DNA from: Nanobdellota archaeon
GTDB lineage: Archaea > Aenigmatarchaeota > Aenigmatarchaeia > Aenigmatarchaeales > SZUA-1535
Length of the DNA stretch: 34,265 nucleotides
Reading direction: 5' to 3'
NCBI GenBank assembly: GCA_015661515.1
Contig: DQVX01000067.1
Span: 1 to 34,265 of the forward strand
The notes below the pieces were generated by a model. That model had not been told where the DNA came from. It did not search any database and saw only the letters and a program-made list of their open reading frames with translations. The position numbers and the translations under genes were made by a program. Shown one piece after another: positions 21,329 through 30,097 of the stretch. Position 1 is the stretch's first letter; every line of letters begins with the position of its first letter.

Positions 21329-21798
21329 TTGTTTTCACCTTCTTTTAAAAGCTCGTGGTCTTTTAGATATGCTAGCAGGTGCTTTTTGCTTCTAAACATA
21401 CCACCTTTTATTAAGCGGTATATTTTTCTATATACAGATCTTTCGATAACACCTTTATCACGCAAAATCTTAATAAGTTTTCTTTGTGCACGAACTTTTT
21501 TCAACCATTCAGTTTTTTCTCCTTGTCTTGCACCTTTTGCCCCTTTTCTACTTCCTGGTCCACGTCTTCTTCCTTTTTTCTTTTGAAGCATTTTTTTCTT
21601 TGCTTCAGGGTTTTTTTCTCTTTTTTCTTTAATTTTTTTGATTACACCTTTTTTAATAAGCTTTCTAACGTCTTCTCTTGTAATAGCTTTTTTTGCTTCT
21701 TCTACTTTTTCAGGATCTATCCATACTTTAGTTATACCACATTTAAGCAAATCAGCTGCCATTCTTTTTACAGTCCTTATATTTGTCATAACCATCAC
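21325..21798 (-). CDS. rpl19e: 50S ribosomal protein eL19
   Basis: RMAADLLKCGITKVWIDPEKVEE and KGRRRGPGSRKGAKGAR motifs. Start ambiguous among GTG 21798, ATG 21795 and ATG 21789. Confidence 0.9.
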   Translation of the reverse strand: MMVMTNIRTVKRMAADLLKCGITKVWIDPEKVEEAKKAITREDVRKLIKKGVIKKIKEKREKNPEAKKKMLQKKKGRRRGPGSRKGAKGARQGEKTEWLKKVRAQRKLIKILRDKGVIERSVYRKIYRLIKGGMFRSKKHLLAYLKDHELLKEGENK

Positions 21799-21956
21799 AT
21801 CATTTCTGGCTTTTCTTTTGAACCTTCGATAAGCACACCAAAATGGTTAAAAAATGCATTACAACATGGACATTTAAATACCTTAGGAGTTTTTTTCCAT
21901 TCTATACCTTCTATTCCACAATAAGGGCATTTATTTTCACTTACCATTAGGAACAT
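21795..21956 (-). CDS. small CPxCG-type zinc-ribbon protein (53 aa, not in ORF track)
   Basis: Hand translation: [56 protein letters not shown] 21956 lies 5 nt after GGTGA, the same spacing as at neighbouring genes. The ORF overlaps the last 20 nt of eL32, and its TGA (21797..21795) overlaps the eL19 start region. It fills the only sizeable gap in the operon. Confidence 0.6.
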   Translation of the reverse strand: MFLMVSENKCPYCGIEGIEWKKTPKVFKCPCCNAFFNHFGVLIEGSKEKPEMM

Positions 21957-22350
21957 TTTCTTCACCACATTTTAGAGGGTTTAATACTCTTAATCCAAGT
22001 TCTTGAGCTTTTTTCATTATTTCTATTCTTTTCTTTTTTCCAACTTGCGAAGCTATTCTTACTGCATGTATTTTAGGATCTAAACCTTCTAGATCATTAA
22101 CATTAAATACTCGTACTTCTTTAAGTCCTGATGGGTGTAAACCTCTTACAAGAGCAGGTGAACCATAACCAGGATGTGGAAGAAAACCTTTACCTTTTTC
22201 ATGTCTTCTTAATTTCGAGTGTCTTCCTTTAGGTCTGCGCCATTTTTCTCCTAATCTTGGAAATCTAAACCAATTTTGCCTAAGGAATTCTGGCTTTTTC
22301 CTTTTCATAATTCTTCTTATCTTAAGCAATCTTTTCAACTCCTCTATCAT
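21937..22350 (-). CDS. rpl32e: 50S ribosomal protein eL32
   Basis: [30 protein letters not shown] motif. ATGA overlap with the uL6 stop. Confidence 0.92.
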   Translation of the reverse strand: MIEELKRLLKIRRIMKRKKPEFLRQNWFRFPRLGEKWRRPKGRHSKLRRHEKGKGFLPHPGYGSPALVRGLHPSGLKEVRVFNVNDLEGLDPKIHAVRIASQVGKKKRIEIMKKAQELGLRVLNPLKCGEENVPNGK

Positions 22351-22877
22351 TCTTTACTCACCAAATAAATTCCATCTTGGAATACTCTTCTATCAAGATG
22401 TGTAACTCTTGTTGCTTGCTCTATATTAGCAGCTGTTTGCCCAACTTCTTCTTTATTTATACCTTCTACTATGATTTCTTGCCCATTAACTTTTACATTA
22501 ACATTTCCAACAATTTTAGCTATTCTAGGAACTTTTTCGCCCAAAAAGTTTTTAATTATTACTTTATCTCCTTTTACTTCCACAGTTATAGGAAAGTGAA
22601 CATAAACAGCTTTAAGCTTATATTTGTAACCTTGAGTAACACCTTTTATCATATTCCTTATATGTGCAGCTATTGTACCTACCATAGCTTTTATTTTTCT
22701 TCTATCAATTGAACTTTTTACAATAACATTTTTTTCTTGAATTTTTATTTCTATATAATCTCTATAAAGCGGTGAGCTAAAATCTCTTTCAAGCTCACCT
22801 TTTGGACCTTTAACTTTAACTTTAAGCCCTTCTACTTCAATTTCAACATTTTCTGGAATTTTTACTTTTTTCTCCAT
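22347..22877 (-). CDS. rpl6: 50S ribosomal protein uL6
   Basis: [27 protein letters not shown]. 176 aa, between uS8 and eL32. Confidence 0.93.
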   Translation of the reverse strand: MEKKVKIPENVEIEVEGLKVKVKGPKGELERDFSSPLYRDYIEIKIQEKNVIVKSSIDRRKIKAMVGTIAAHIRNMIKGVTQGYKYKLKAVYVHFPITVEVKGDKVIIKNFLGEKVPRIAKIVGNVNVKVNGQEIIVEGINKEEVGQTAANIEQATRVTHLDRRVFQDGIYLVSKE

Positions 22878-22887
22878 TTAAATCACC

Positions 22888-23274
22888 TTAATAAACATAT
22901 ACCAAAAGTTTTCCTCCTATTCCTTTTTTCTTTGCTTCTTCGTGAGACATAACACCTTGAGAAGTTGTAACTATAAGTATCCCAAGTCCTGCAGCAGGTA
23001 AATATCTTCGCTCATATTTTTCAAATTCATCTTTTTTAACAGAAAATCTAGGTCTTATAGCACCACATTTATTTATTCTCCCTAAAAGCTCTATTTTTAT
23101 TTTTCCTCCTCTCCCATCTTCTATATATTCAAAATCTCCTATGTAATTATATCTTTGCATGACTTTAAGAATATTTTTTATCAAATTTGATGCTTTAACA
23201 ATTACAAAAGGTTTTCCTACTCTTTCAGCATTTGTTATTGCTGAAGCAAAATCCGAAACTAAGTCATGCTGCAT
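22888..23274 (-). CDS. rps8: 30S ribosomal protein uS8
   Basis: [18 protein letters not shown] and C-terminal [11 protein letters not shown]. Start at ATG 23274, 6 nt after AGGTG. The track GTG at 23283 is inside the SD. Confidence 0.93.
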   Translation of the reverse strand: MQHDLVSDFASAITNAERVGKPFVIVKASNLIKNILKVMQRYNYIGDFEYIEDGRGGKIKIELLGRINKCGAIRPRFSVKKDEFEKYERRYLPAAGLGILIVTTSQGVMSHEEAKKKGIGGKLLVYVY

Positions 23275-23286
23275 AATTAACACCTT

Positions 23287-23475
23287 TTAGGAATATTTTT
23301 TAAAACCTATTTTTTTGGCAATTTCTCTAAAGCATTGTCTACAATACATTAGCCCATATTTTTTTATTATACCACCATATCTTCCACATCTTCTACACAT
23401 ATATAAAGCTTTTCCAGTTGTTCTTTTCTTAGGTGTTCCACCTAAAAACTGTTTCATTCTCTCTATTCTACTCAT
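23287..23475 (-). CDS. rps14: 30S ribosomal protein uS14 (zinc-binding type)
   Basis: 62 aa with CRRCGR...CRQCFRE. Confidence 0.93.
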   Translation of the reverse strand: MSRIERMKQFLGGTPKKRTTGKALYMCRRCGRYGGIIKKYGLMYCRQCFREIAKKIGFKKYS

Positions 23476-23975
23476 ACTATCTCAACCCCGAATGTTTTTT
23501 TAACCCATTCTATGGCTTCATGTTTTTTAATTATATGCTTTTTACCAATTTTTCTTTTAAGCTTTTTACGTTTTACTCTATAGCCAGGTCTTTCAAGAGT
23601 TACACAAACATCCATACCTAAAATTCCTATTTCAGGATCAAATTTTACTCCAGGAATATCTATATATTCTTTAATACCGAATGAGAAATTTCCAAATTCA
23701 TCAAAACATGAAGCTGGAAGTTTGTTATCTATAGCCTTTAAAGCTTTTTTAAGAAATTCATAAGCTTTTTCTTTTCTTAATGTAACTTTTGCTCCTATAG
23801 GTCTATTTCTTGCCATCCCAAATGTAGTTCTTTTATGAGTTTTTGTAATTATAGGTTTTTGATTAGTAAGTTTTTCAAGAAGTTTTAAAGCTCTTTCAAG
23901 TTTTTCTCCTCCTCCACCACAACCTATATTAAGCGTGACTTTTTCTATTCTTATTTCTCTCATCGGGTTCTGCAT
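23472..23975 (-). CDS. rpl5: 50S ribosomal protein uL5
   Basis: [18 protein letters not shown] and [15 protein letters not shown] motifs. Confidence 0.93.
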   Translation of the reverse strand: MQNPMREIRIEKVTLNIGCGGGGEKLERALKLLEKLTNQKPIITKTHKRTTFGMARNRPIGAKVTLRKEKAYEFLKKALKAIDNKLPASCFDEFGNFSFGIKEYIDIPGVKFDPEIGILGMDVCVTLERPGYRVKRKKLKRKIGKKHIIKKHEAIEWVKKTFGVEIV

Positions 23976-23979
23976 AGTT

Positions 23980-24651
23980 TCACACCTTTATTAATGGTTT
24001 ATCTTCACCTACAACTATTATGTTTTTGAAAGGAGCCCAAAAGCTTTCTTCTCCTTCTATGAATACTCTATTAAGCTTCCATCCCCTTTCTATTTTTACA
24101 ATTTTTCCCATTTTTCCAGCATTTTTACCTGCAAAAATAAAGCATAGTACACCTTCTTTAAAAGGAATGTGCTTAACTATTTTTTGAGAAGGGACTTCAA
24201 TTAAAAGGGAATCTTGAGTATTATATGTATTTTCTCCTAAAATATTTCTTCCATCATGAAGATTAAACTGTATTCTACCACCCTTTACAGCTCTTTTACC
24301 TATTATTTTACAAATCTTTAACCTTTTTTCGCTTTCATCTATTTCTACAGGAAGTAGTTTTTTACCTCTTGGTAATATCCTATATGCTTTGTTCATTTTC
24401 GGAATTTCTACAACATCAAAAACACCAACTCCAAATTTATGATCCTTTATTACTCTACCATCAACAAGAATTTCACCTTTTTTAATAATTTTTTTAACCT
24501 CTTTATAAGTTTCTGCAAAGCCTAAATAATCTCTAATAAGCACAGCAAGAGCTATTGATCTTTCTAAAGGATGTGGTCCACGTGGAGCTACTGTATATTT
24601 GGCTTTTTTCTTTTCTTTTGCTAAAGGATGTGCCAATCTTTTTAATATCAT
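23980..24651 (-). CDS. rps4e: 30S ribosomal protein eS4
   Basis: LKRLAHP..., [24 protein letters not shown], and a KOW-like C-terminal part. ATGA overlap with the uL24 stop. Confidence 0.92.
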   Translation of the reverse strand: MILKRLAHPLAKEKKKAKYTVAPRGPHPLERSIALAVLIRDYLGFAETYKEVKKIIKKGEILVDGRVIKDHKFGVGVFDVVEIPKMNKAYRILPRGKKLLPVEIDESEKRLKICKIIGKRAVKGGRIQFNLHDGRNILGENTYNTQDSLLIEVPSQKIVKHIPFKEGVLCFIFAGKNAGKMGKIVKIERGWKLNRVFIEGEESFWAPFKNIIVVGEDKPLIKV

Positions 24652-25031
24652 TCACTTCCACCTTTTCCCGCTCTTTCAATAATTTTAAGGCGCATTTTAT
24701 CGCTCATATCAGCTTTTATAATCATAAGGTTTGAAGGGTGAATAGGAACTTTTACTTCTTCTCCAGTTGATTTTTTTCTTGTAATTCCTTCTATATATAC
24801 TCTAAGCTTTTTTAAATCAACTTTTACAACTTTTCCTATCCTTCCCTTAAATTCGCCTCTGAGTATTTTAACTTCATCACCTTTTCTTACAGGTAAAGAC
24901 CTTCTTCCGAATTTTTCTCTCAACTCTTTGCTCAAATGAGCACTCATAAGTTTTTGCCTTTTATGGAGTGGGGCTTCATACAAAGCCTTTCTTTGTTTTC
25001 TTGGTTGTTTTGAATGTGTTTTGTTAGTCAT
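24648..25031 (-). CDS. rpl24: 50S ribosomal protein uL24
   Basis: [34 protein letters not shown] plus a KOW motif [16 protein letters not shown]. Confidence 0.93.
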   Translation of the reverse strand: MTNKTHSKQPRKQRKALYEAPLHKRQKLMSAHLSKELREKFGRRSLPVRKGDEVKILRGEFKGRIGKVVKVDLKKLRVYIEGITRKKSTGEEVKVPIHPSNLMIIKADMSDKMRLKIIERAGKGGSE

Positions 25032-25032
25032 A

Positions 25033-25431
25033 TTACACCACGATTGAAGCTATTTTTCCTATAGCAGGAAATCTTTCTACAGCTTCTTTAGCAACAGGGC
25101 CTTTTATTTCACTTCCTCTTGGTTCATTTTTTTCATTAATCAATACAGCAGCATTATCTTCAAATTTTATTCTCATTCCATCAGGTCTGCGATATTCTTT
25201 TTTCTGTCTTATTATAACAGCCATAACTACTTGTTTTCTTATTTTTGGATCTCCTTTTTTTACTGAACAGAAAACTATATCTCCAACTCCTGCTTTTGGA
25301 TATCTTCTTCTAACACCTTTATACCCACGTACAGCTATTATTTGCAAAACTTTTGCTCCTGTATTGTCTGCACATTTAAGATATGTGCCAACATTAAGGG
25401 CTTTTGTTACTTTAGAGCCTATACCCTTCAT
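25033..25431 (-). CDS. rpl14: 50S ribosomal protein uL14
   Basis: [17 protein letters not shown] and [22 protein letters not shown]. Confidence 0.94.
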   Translation of the reverse strand: MKGIGSKVTKALNVGTYLKCADNTGAKVLQIIAVRGYKGVRRRYPKAGVGDIVFCSVKKGDPKIRKQVVMAVIIRQKKEYRRPDGMRIKFEDNAAVLINEKNEPRGSEIKGPVAKEAVERFPAIGKIASIVV

Positions 25432-25763
25432 TTTTCACCCCTTTTAAGCACTTCTATTACAACAAATGATTTTGTTTTTGATAACGGTCTACATTCCATA
25501 ATTTTTACTATATCTCCTTCTTTAGCATTAATACATTCAGGATTATAAGCAGCAACTTTTGTTTTTCTTCTTTCATATCTTTCATATTTTGGGACATAAT
25601 GAACATAATCCCATTGGACTATAGCTGTTTTATGAGCTTTTGCAGAGACAACTTTACCTACAAACATTCTTCCTCTTACAGGTAAAGTTCCGTGCCATGG
25701 ACATTTTGGGTCAGAGCATTCTTTTTCAGGAGGCTTTGCAGGTACACCAATATTTCTTACCAT
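25428..25763 (-). CDS. rps17: 30S ribosomal protein uS17
   Basis: [34 protein letters not shown] and [16 protein letters not shown]. Confidence 0.93.
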   Translation of the reverse strand: MVRNIGVPAKPPEKECSDPKCPWHGTLPVRGRMFVGKVVSAKAHKTAIVQWDYVHYVPKYERYERRKTKVAAYNPECINAKEGDIVKIMECRPLSKTKSFVVIEVLKRGEK

Positions 25764-26047
25764 TTTCTCACCTTCTTTTTTATTCTTTCTTCAGGCCGTG
25801 CAAGTATAGCATTTCCATCTACTAGCACTTTTTTTCCATCAGGTAATATAAACATAAAGATTGTATCTTTTTTTGGAATTTTTTTAATTTTACTCTTTTC
25901 ATCTTCTATCCATAGCATATTTTTTGTTTCATTCACTACAAGCCCTTTTATCCCTTCATTAAGTTTATTTTTAGCTTGTTTCACCTCTACTTTTAAACCT
26001 ATAAGTTCATGTTGTAATATGTTTTTTGGTGTAATTTTAATTTTCAT
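25757..26047 (-). CDS. rnp1: RNase P protein component 1 (Rpp29/Pop4 homolog)
   Basis: [35 protein letters not shown] (Sm-like Rpp29 core). Canonical position between SUI1 and uS17. Confidence 0.85.
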   Translation of the reverse strand: MKIKITPKNILQHELIGLKVEVKQAKNKLNEGIKGLVVNETKNMLWIEDEKSKIKKIPKKDTIFMFILPDGKKVLVDGNAILARPEERIKKKVRKW

Positions 26048-26352
26048 TAAACTATCACTTCTATTTGTTCTTCATTAAATCCAAATTCTACAAGTAATTT
26101 TTTAACTTTTTCTCTATGATCTCCTTGTAATTCAAGTCTATCATTTTTATATGTTCCTCCACATGCAAGTTTTTTCTTAAGCTTTCTTAATAGTTCTTCA
26201 GGATTCATATCTTTGGAAATCCCTTCTATTATTGTTACATTTTTTCTATAACGCTTTTTTTCAAGATATATTTTAATTTTTGCAGATTCTTTTTCTATTG
26301 CTTCACATACACAGAGCTCTTTTGGCAAACCACATTTTTTACAAACTTCTAT
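26047..26352 (-). CDS. sui1: translation initiation factor aIF1 (SUI1); start codon unresolved (AUA 26352 proposed, TTG 26328 is the first canonical start)
   Basis: SUI1 core KIYLEKKRYRKNVTIIEGI...LACGGTYKNDRLELQGDHREKVKKLL. The frame is open back to the uL29 stop and encodes EVCKKCGLPKELCVCE upstream of the TTG. There is no in-frame ATG or GTG. ATA lies 6 nt after GGAGGTGA. Confidence 0.85.
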   Translation of the reverse strand: MEVCKKCGLPKELCVCEAIEKESAKIKIYLEKKRYRKNVTIIEGISKDMNPEELLRKLKKKLACGGTYKNDRLELQGDHREKVKKLLVEFGFNEEQIEVIV

Positions 26353-26358
26353 TTCATT

Positions 26359-26559
26359 TCACCTCCCTTTACGAAGATTTAATTCAGTAAGTATTCTTGC
26401 TATACATCTTCTAAGTTCTCTTATTCTTCCAGGATTTGTAACCGCTCCTACTACACGTTGAGCATTTAGTTTCATTAATTCAAGCCTAAATTCATTTAAT
26501 TTTTTCTTTAACTCTTCTTCACTCATTTTCTTTATTTCTTTTTTTCTTATTATCGCCAT
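26359..26559 (-). CDS. rpl29: 50S ribosomal protein uL29
   Basis: 66 aa with EIKKMSEEELKKKLNEFRLELMKLNAQ. Confidence 0.92.
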   Translation of the reverse strand: MAIIRKKEIKKMSEEELKKKLNEFRLELMKLNAQRVVGAVTNPGRIRELRRCIARILTELNLRKGR

Positions 26560-26565
26560 TTTAAT

Positions 26566-27009
26566 TCACCAATTTTTTGAATTTTCTATTATTTCAACAC
26601 TTCCTCCTGCAGCTTCTATTTTTTCTCTTGCTCTTTCTGTAACGTATATTGCTTTAATTTTAAGTGGTTTCGTTATAGTTCCACTAGAAATAACTTTTTT
26701 GTATCCAAGTTCTAACAAATTTATTTCTTCTTTTCCAAGTTTTGAAGCGAGAATATCAAGTTCTCTTAAAGTTATTACCTTTTCTCTTTCTCTCTTTCTT
26801 TTGATTGTTGGATACATTCCACGTTTAAAGCCTATTTTACCGAAATGTTGAGGATCTTGCATTAAAACCATTTGTCTTTTATGATCTTTACTACCAGCAA
26901 AACCTTTTCCTCCTCTACTACCTTTTCCACGGTGTTTTTTCTTTGAACCAAATCCATGAGTTTTACTTCCTCTAAGTTTTCTTACTTTTTTTCTTCTTCT
27001 CACAACCAT
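26566..27009 (-). CDS. rpl15: 50S ribosomal protein uL15
   Basis: RKLRGSKTHGFGSKKKHRGKGSRGGKGFAGS N-terminal motif. 147 aa. Unusually placed directly upstream of uL29. Confidence 0.9.
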   Translation of the reverse strand: MVVRRRKKVRKLRGSKTHGFGSKKKHRGKGSRGGKGFAGSKDHKRQMVLMQDPQHFGKIGFKRGMYPTIKRKREREKVITLRELDILASKLGKEEINLLELGYKKVISSGTITKPLKIKAIYVTERAREKIEAAGGSVEIIENSKNW

Positions 27010-27033
27010 GGGTTAGTTTATTAAAATCAAAGG

Positions 27034-27045
27034 TTTAAATATTTA
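27034..27045. promoter_or_regulatory. candidate shared TATA element (contains palindrome TAAATATTTA) between divergent rpl15 and 27066 ORF
   Basis: It is the only strong TATA-like element in the 56-nt spacer. Its centre lies about 25 nt from ATG 27066 and about 31 nt from ATG 27009. Neither gene has an SD. All intergenic DNA here is A+T-rich, so specificity is weak. Confidence 0.35.
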
Positions 27046-27065
27046 TCCCAACCCTCAAATACTTT

Positions 27066-27326
27066 ATGGCTTTAACAATTTTAATTTTAAGAATTTTAGG
27101 AATACTAGATATAATTGCAGGATTTTTGATAATTTTAGCTCATCCTATAGGAACTTGGTATTTAATTTTCAAAGGCTTTATCTTTATACTTTCTTCCAAA
27201 GGCACGTGTATTCTTTCTTGGGCAGATTTTTTATTCGGAATTTTAGCTTTATTTTTCTTTTCTCAATATATAGCTTTTATAATATTCTTTTATTTAATTG
27301 TAAAAGGAGTATTTTCATTAATTTAA
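27066..27326 (+). CDS. hypothetical small membrane protein (3 TM)
   Basis: 86-aa hydrophobic ORF in an otherwise unoccupied interval. No family recognised. Confidence 0.45.
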   Translation: MALTILILRILGILDIIAGFLIILAHPIGTWYLIFKGFIFILSSKGTCILSWADFLFGILALFFFSQYIAFIIFFYLIVKGVFSLI

Positions 27327-28513
27327 AAAAGATGTTTAGCAAGCTTTATCAATCCAGGCCTTTTTAGTAAAATTTTAGCAAGCTTTATCAAATTTTTGCC
27401 ATGAGTAAAGTCTATTAAATCTTTTCCTGTAAGATGCTCTGCTAAAAAGTTTAAATCTTCATCACTTAGCTTTTCTATAACTTCCCTTAATTTTTGTACT
27501 TTTTCAAGCTCTTTACCTCTTTGTTCCCACCATATCTTATTATATTTCGAAAGCATTTTTGAAGAAGTATCATTTTTTTCAATAGCTTCTGCTATAACTT
27601 CAGCGGCAATTTTTCCTGCAATTTGCGCTTCTTTCACTCCACCTCCATGTATTGGGTTAACTTGATGTGCAGCATCACCTACAACAACTAAACCGTCCAA
27701 AACCATGTTTTTCAAAAAACCTCCAACAGGAATACCACCTGCGTTTATTTCTATTATACTACCATTTTTAAGATTTTCATTATTTTCAACAAATTCATAA
27801 AGATATTCTCTTGCAGATTTTTCGGCAAAACTTCCACAAATACCTATGCCGACATTTGCTTTATCTTTACCCTTAGGAAATATCCATATATATCCACGAG
27901 GAGCTATTTTATTTCCAAAATAAAAAACTATTTTATGTGGGTCTTCAAGCTCTATTCCTACCATTTCAAACTGATACCCAGAATCTATATTAATAAGAAG
28001 ATTTGTTGTATTTAATCCTGCTTTTCTTGCAATTGTAGATTCAACTCCATCAGCAGCAACAACAACTTTACTTTCAACTTTATATTTTTTCCCTTCCCAT
28101 TCTACTACAACACCTTTAATAAAATTACTTGATTTAATAACATCTTTAACATTTGCTCTTACTATTATTTTAGCACCTTTTCTTGCAGCTTCTTCAGCAA
28201 GCCATTTATCATAAACCTTTCTTTCAAGAACATAGCCAACAGTTTCTTTATACTTTATTTCAATACTTTTACCATTAGGAGCATATACAATTGCACCATT
28301 TATAGTTTGAGCTATACATTTCTTTGGTATTTTTTGTCCAAGAAGTTTTACAGCATTTTCAGAAAGACCTTCTGCACATCTTTTTGGTGCACCTATTTCT
28401 TGTCTTTTTTCAAAAACAACAACGTTTATTCCTTTTTCTGCAAGATATTTTGCTGTACTTGTTCCTCCTGGCCCTGCCCCTACAACAATTACATCATATT
28501 TTTCTGCTATCAT
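27323..28513 (-). CDS. geranylgeranyl reductase family flavoprotein (digeranylgeranylglycerophospholipid reductase-like)
   Basis: FAD fold YDVIVVGAGPGGTSTAKYLAEKG, then RCAEGLS and GDAAHQVNPIHGGG motifs. Start at ATG 28513 (MIAEKYDV), forming an ATGA overlap with the upstream ferredoxin stop. The track start 28546 reads through the ferredoxin gene. Confidence 0.88.
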   Translation of the reverse strand: MIAEKYDVIVVGAGPGGTSTAKYLAEKGINVVVFEKRQEIGAPKRCAEGLSENAVKLLGQKIPKKCIAQTINGAIVYAPNGKSIEIKYKETVGYVLERKVYDKWLAEEAARKGAKIIVRANVKDVIKSSNFIKGVVVEWEGKKYKVESKVVVAADGVESTIARKAGLNTTNLLINIDSGYQFEMVGIELEDPHKIVFYFGNKIAPRGYIWIFPKGKDKANVGIGICGSFAEKSAREYLYEFVENNENLKNGSIIEINAGGIPVGGFLKNMVLDGLVVVGDAAHQVNPIHGGGVKEAQIAGKIAAEVIAEAIEKNDTSSKMLSKYNKIWWEQRGKELEKVQKLREVIEKLSDEDLNFLAEHLTGKDLIDFTHGKNLIKLAKILLKRPGLIKLAKHLF

Positions 28514-28689
28514 TTTTTCTCTACCCTTATAGCTCCTGAAGGACAAACTTTTTCACATATTCCACAAAGCACACATTTTTCATGATGGTTAATTATTCCT
28601 CTTTCTTCTAATTCTAAGGCTAAAACAGGACATACGCTTACGCAAGCCCCACATCTTAAGCAAAGATCTCTTGCTATATGCCATGACAT
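28510..28689 (-). CDS. 2x[4Fe-4S] ferredoxin (59 aa, not in ORF track)
   Basis: Hand translation: MSWHIARDLCLRCGACVSVCPVLALELEERGIINHHEKCVLCGICEKVCPSGAIRVEKK. It carries two CxxCxxCxxxCP motifs. The track ORF 28589..28798 is a different frame of the same DNA. Confidence 0.85.
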   Translation of the reverse strand: MSWHIARDLCLRCGACVSVCPVLALELEERGIINHHEKCVLCGICEKVCPSGAIRVEKK

Positions 28690-28710
28690 AAAAAATACAT
28701 TTGAAAAAGT

Positions 28711-28727
28711 TAAATTTAAATATATTT
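28711..28727. promoter_or_regulatory. candidate TATA region (TAAATTTAAATATATTT) between divergent ferredoxin and speH
   Basis: Lies about 25-30 nt upstream of the SD-less ferredoxin ATG (28689), consistent with a leaderless mRNA. It could also serve speH, giving a leader of about 40 nt. Confidence 0.35.
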
Positions 28728-28786
28728 TTGCTGTTGTATTTTAAGGAAGGTGAAAGGCATGGACGAAGATGATTCGGCGAGGAGAA

Positions 28787-29149
28787 ATGTCTGTACACAT
28801 AATAGCAGACTTTTTTGGAGTAAAAGCAGAGCTTATAAAATATGCGGAAAAAATGAAATTGTTACTCGACCCTATAGTTTTCAAAGCTGGTTTAACAATT
28901 CTTGATTCAAAATATCATCAATTCAAACCTTTTGGTGTTTCTTGCATATATCTTCTAGCAGAATCTCATGTTTCTGTTCATACATGGCCAGAAGTTGGGT
29001 ATATGGCAATTGATATATTTACCTGTGGTGATGAAGAAAAAGCATTTAAATGTTTTGAATTATTACAAAAGACATTTAACCCAAAAAAAGTTAAAAAACA
29101 AGTGATTTTAAGAAATTATTATAAAAATCTCCCTAAGCAAGAAGTGTAA
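28787..29149 (+). CDS. speH: S-adenosylmethionine decarboxylase proenzyme (pyruvoyl-dependent, SpeH type)
   Basis: MSVHIIADFFG N-terminus and self-processing site context LLAESHVSVHTWPE. Start at ATG 28787, preceded by GAGGAG. Confidence 0.88.
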   Translation: MSVHIIADFFGVKAELIKYAEKMKLLLDPIVFKAGLTILDSKYHQFKPFGVSCIYLLAESHVSVHTWPEVGYMAIDIFTCGDEEKAFKCFELLQKTFNPKKVKKQVILRNYYKNLPKQEV

Positions 29150-30031
29150 TTAATTTCTTAAAAGTTTTATAAAATCTTTTTTGGTTTTTACTTCTTCTAA
29201 ATCTTTCTTAGAAATTATTGGTATTTTACATTCTTTTCTATAATCTTCTGTTATTACAGCACCGCTTAATCCTAAGAATTCAACAAATTCAGCAAATTTT
29301 TTGTATCTATAGCTTATTTTTCTTTTATCTTGCTCTATATCTGAAATTATTATTTCTTTTTCTTTTGCAGAAACATCAAATGGAGCATGATATGTGAAAT
29401 ATGTTTCAAATCCTATTTCATTTAGCTTTTTAGCAACAAATTTTTCTAAGCTATCCTTTGCCTTGCCTTTAAATTCATATTTTCTGAAAACATGCGCTTT
29501 ACCACTTACTTTTTTTCCAAGAACTTTTTCTATTTTTTTAACAATTTTTATACTTGCTTTTAGTCTGAATTTTTCATGCATATAAATTGTTTTTGATGAA
29601 ACACCAACAAGATTTGCAAGTTGTTTTTGAGATAATTTATTTTCTATTCTTGCTTTTCTCAAAGCTACAGGATCTATTTCAACATATACTCCTCCTTTTT
29701 GTCTATAAAATTCTGGAAATTCTTTATCCAATATCATTCTAAAAGTTTCAATACACATAGCTGGAATTTGAAATCTTTCATAAATAACTCCAGGCACAAG
29801 TTTTTCATAATTTGTATTGTTACCTATTAAAAATGGATAAGCATCCAAAGCAGATGAAATAGATTGAAGAGAAAGAGCATGCTGCAAAACAAAACTATCA
29901 ATATTTTTTAGAATTTTGATTAACAAAAGTTCATCTTTTTTTCCAGCTATGTCAAAACATCCAGTAGATTCATAAACTTCATAATCTCTTTCTATTAACA
30001 AATTTTTTACAGCTTCTTTAATTTCACGCAT
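29150..30031 (-). CDS. archaeal HTH (XRE/Cro-C1 type) transcriptional regulator, COG1395-like
   Basis: Central HTH KARIENKLSQKQLANLVGVSSKTIYMHEK flanked by N- and C-terminal domains. 293 aa. Confidence 0.7.
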   Translation of the reverse strand: MREIKEAVKNLLIERDYEVYESTGCFDIAGKKDELLLIKILKNIDSFVLQHALSLQSISSALDAYPFLIGNNTNYEKLVPGVIYERFQIPAMCIETFRMILDKEFPEFYRQKGGVYVEIDPVALRKARIENKLSQKQLANLVGVSSKTIYMHEKFRLKASIKIVKKIEKVLGKKVSGKAHVFRKYEFKGKAKDSLEKFVAKKLNEIGFETYFTYHAPFDVSAKEKEIIISDIEQDKRKISYRYKKFAEFVEFLGLSGAVITEDYRKECKIPIISKKDLEEVKTKKDFIKLLRN

Positions 30032-30097
30032 AAAATATTTTTAAACCGTGCAAAACTTAAAAATTTTTAAATTTCTAAATTTTATAATAACTTGGTT

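Noticed and set aside
28740-28786. Relatively G+C-richer leader upstream of speH with a short out-of-frame ATG (28759). Considered as a regulatory uORF or riboswitch.
   Set aside because: I could find no convincing stem-loops by eye. The purine-rich stretch is adequately explained as the SD (GAGGAG). A eukaryote-style SAMDC uORF analogy is unsupported.
28589-28798. Track ORF of 69 aa upstream of GGR.
   Set aside because: It is the wrong frame of the DNA that encodes a clean 2x[4Fe-4S] ferredoxin (28510..28689), and it extends into the promoter region.
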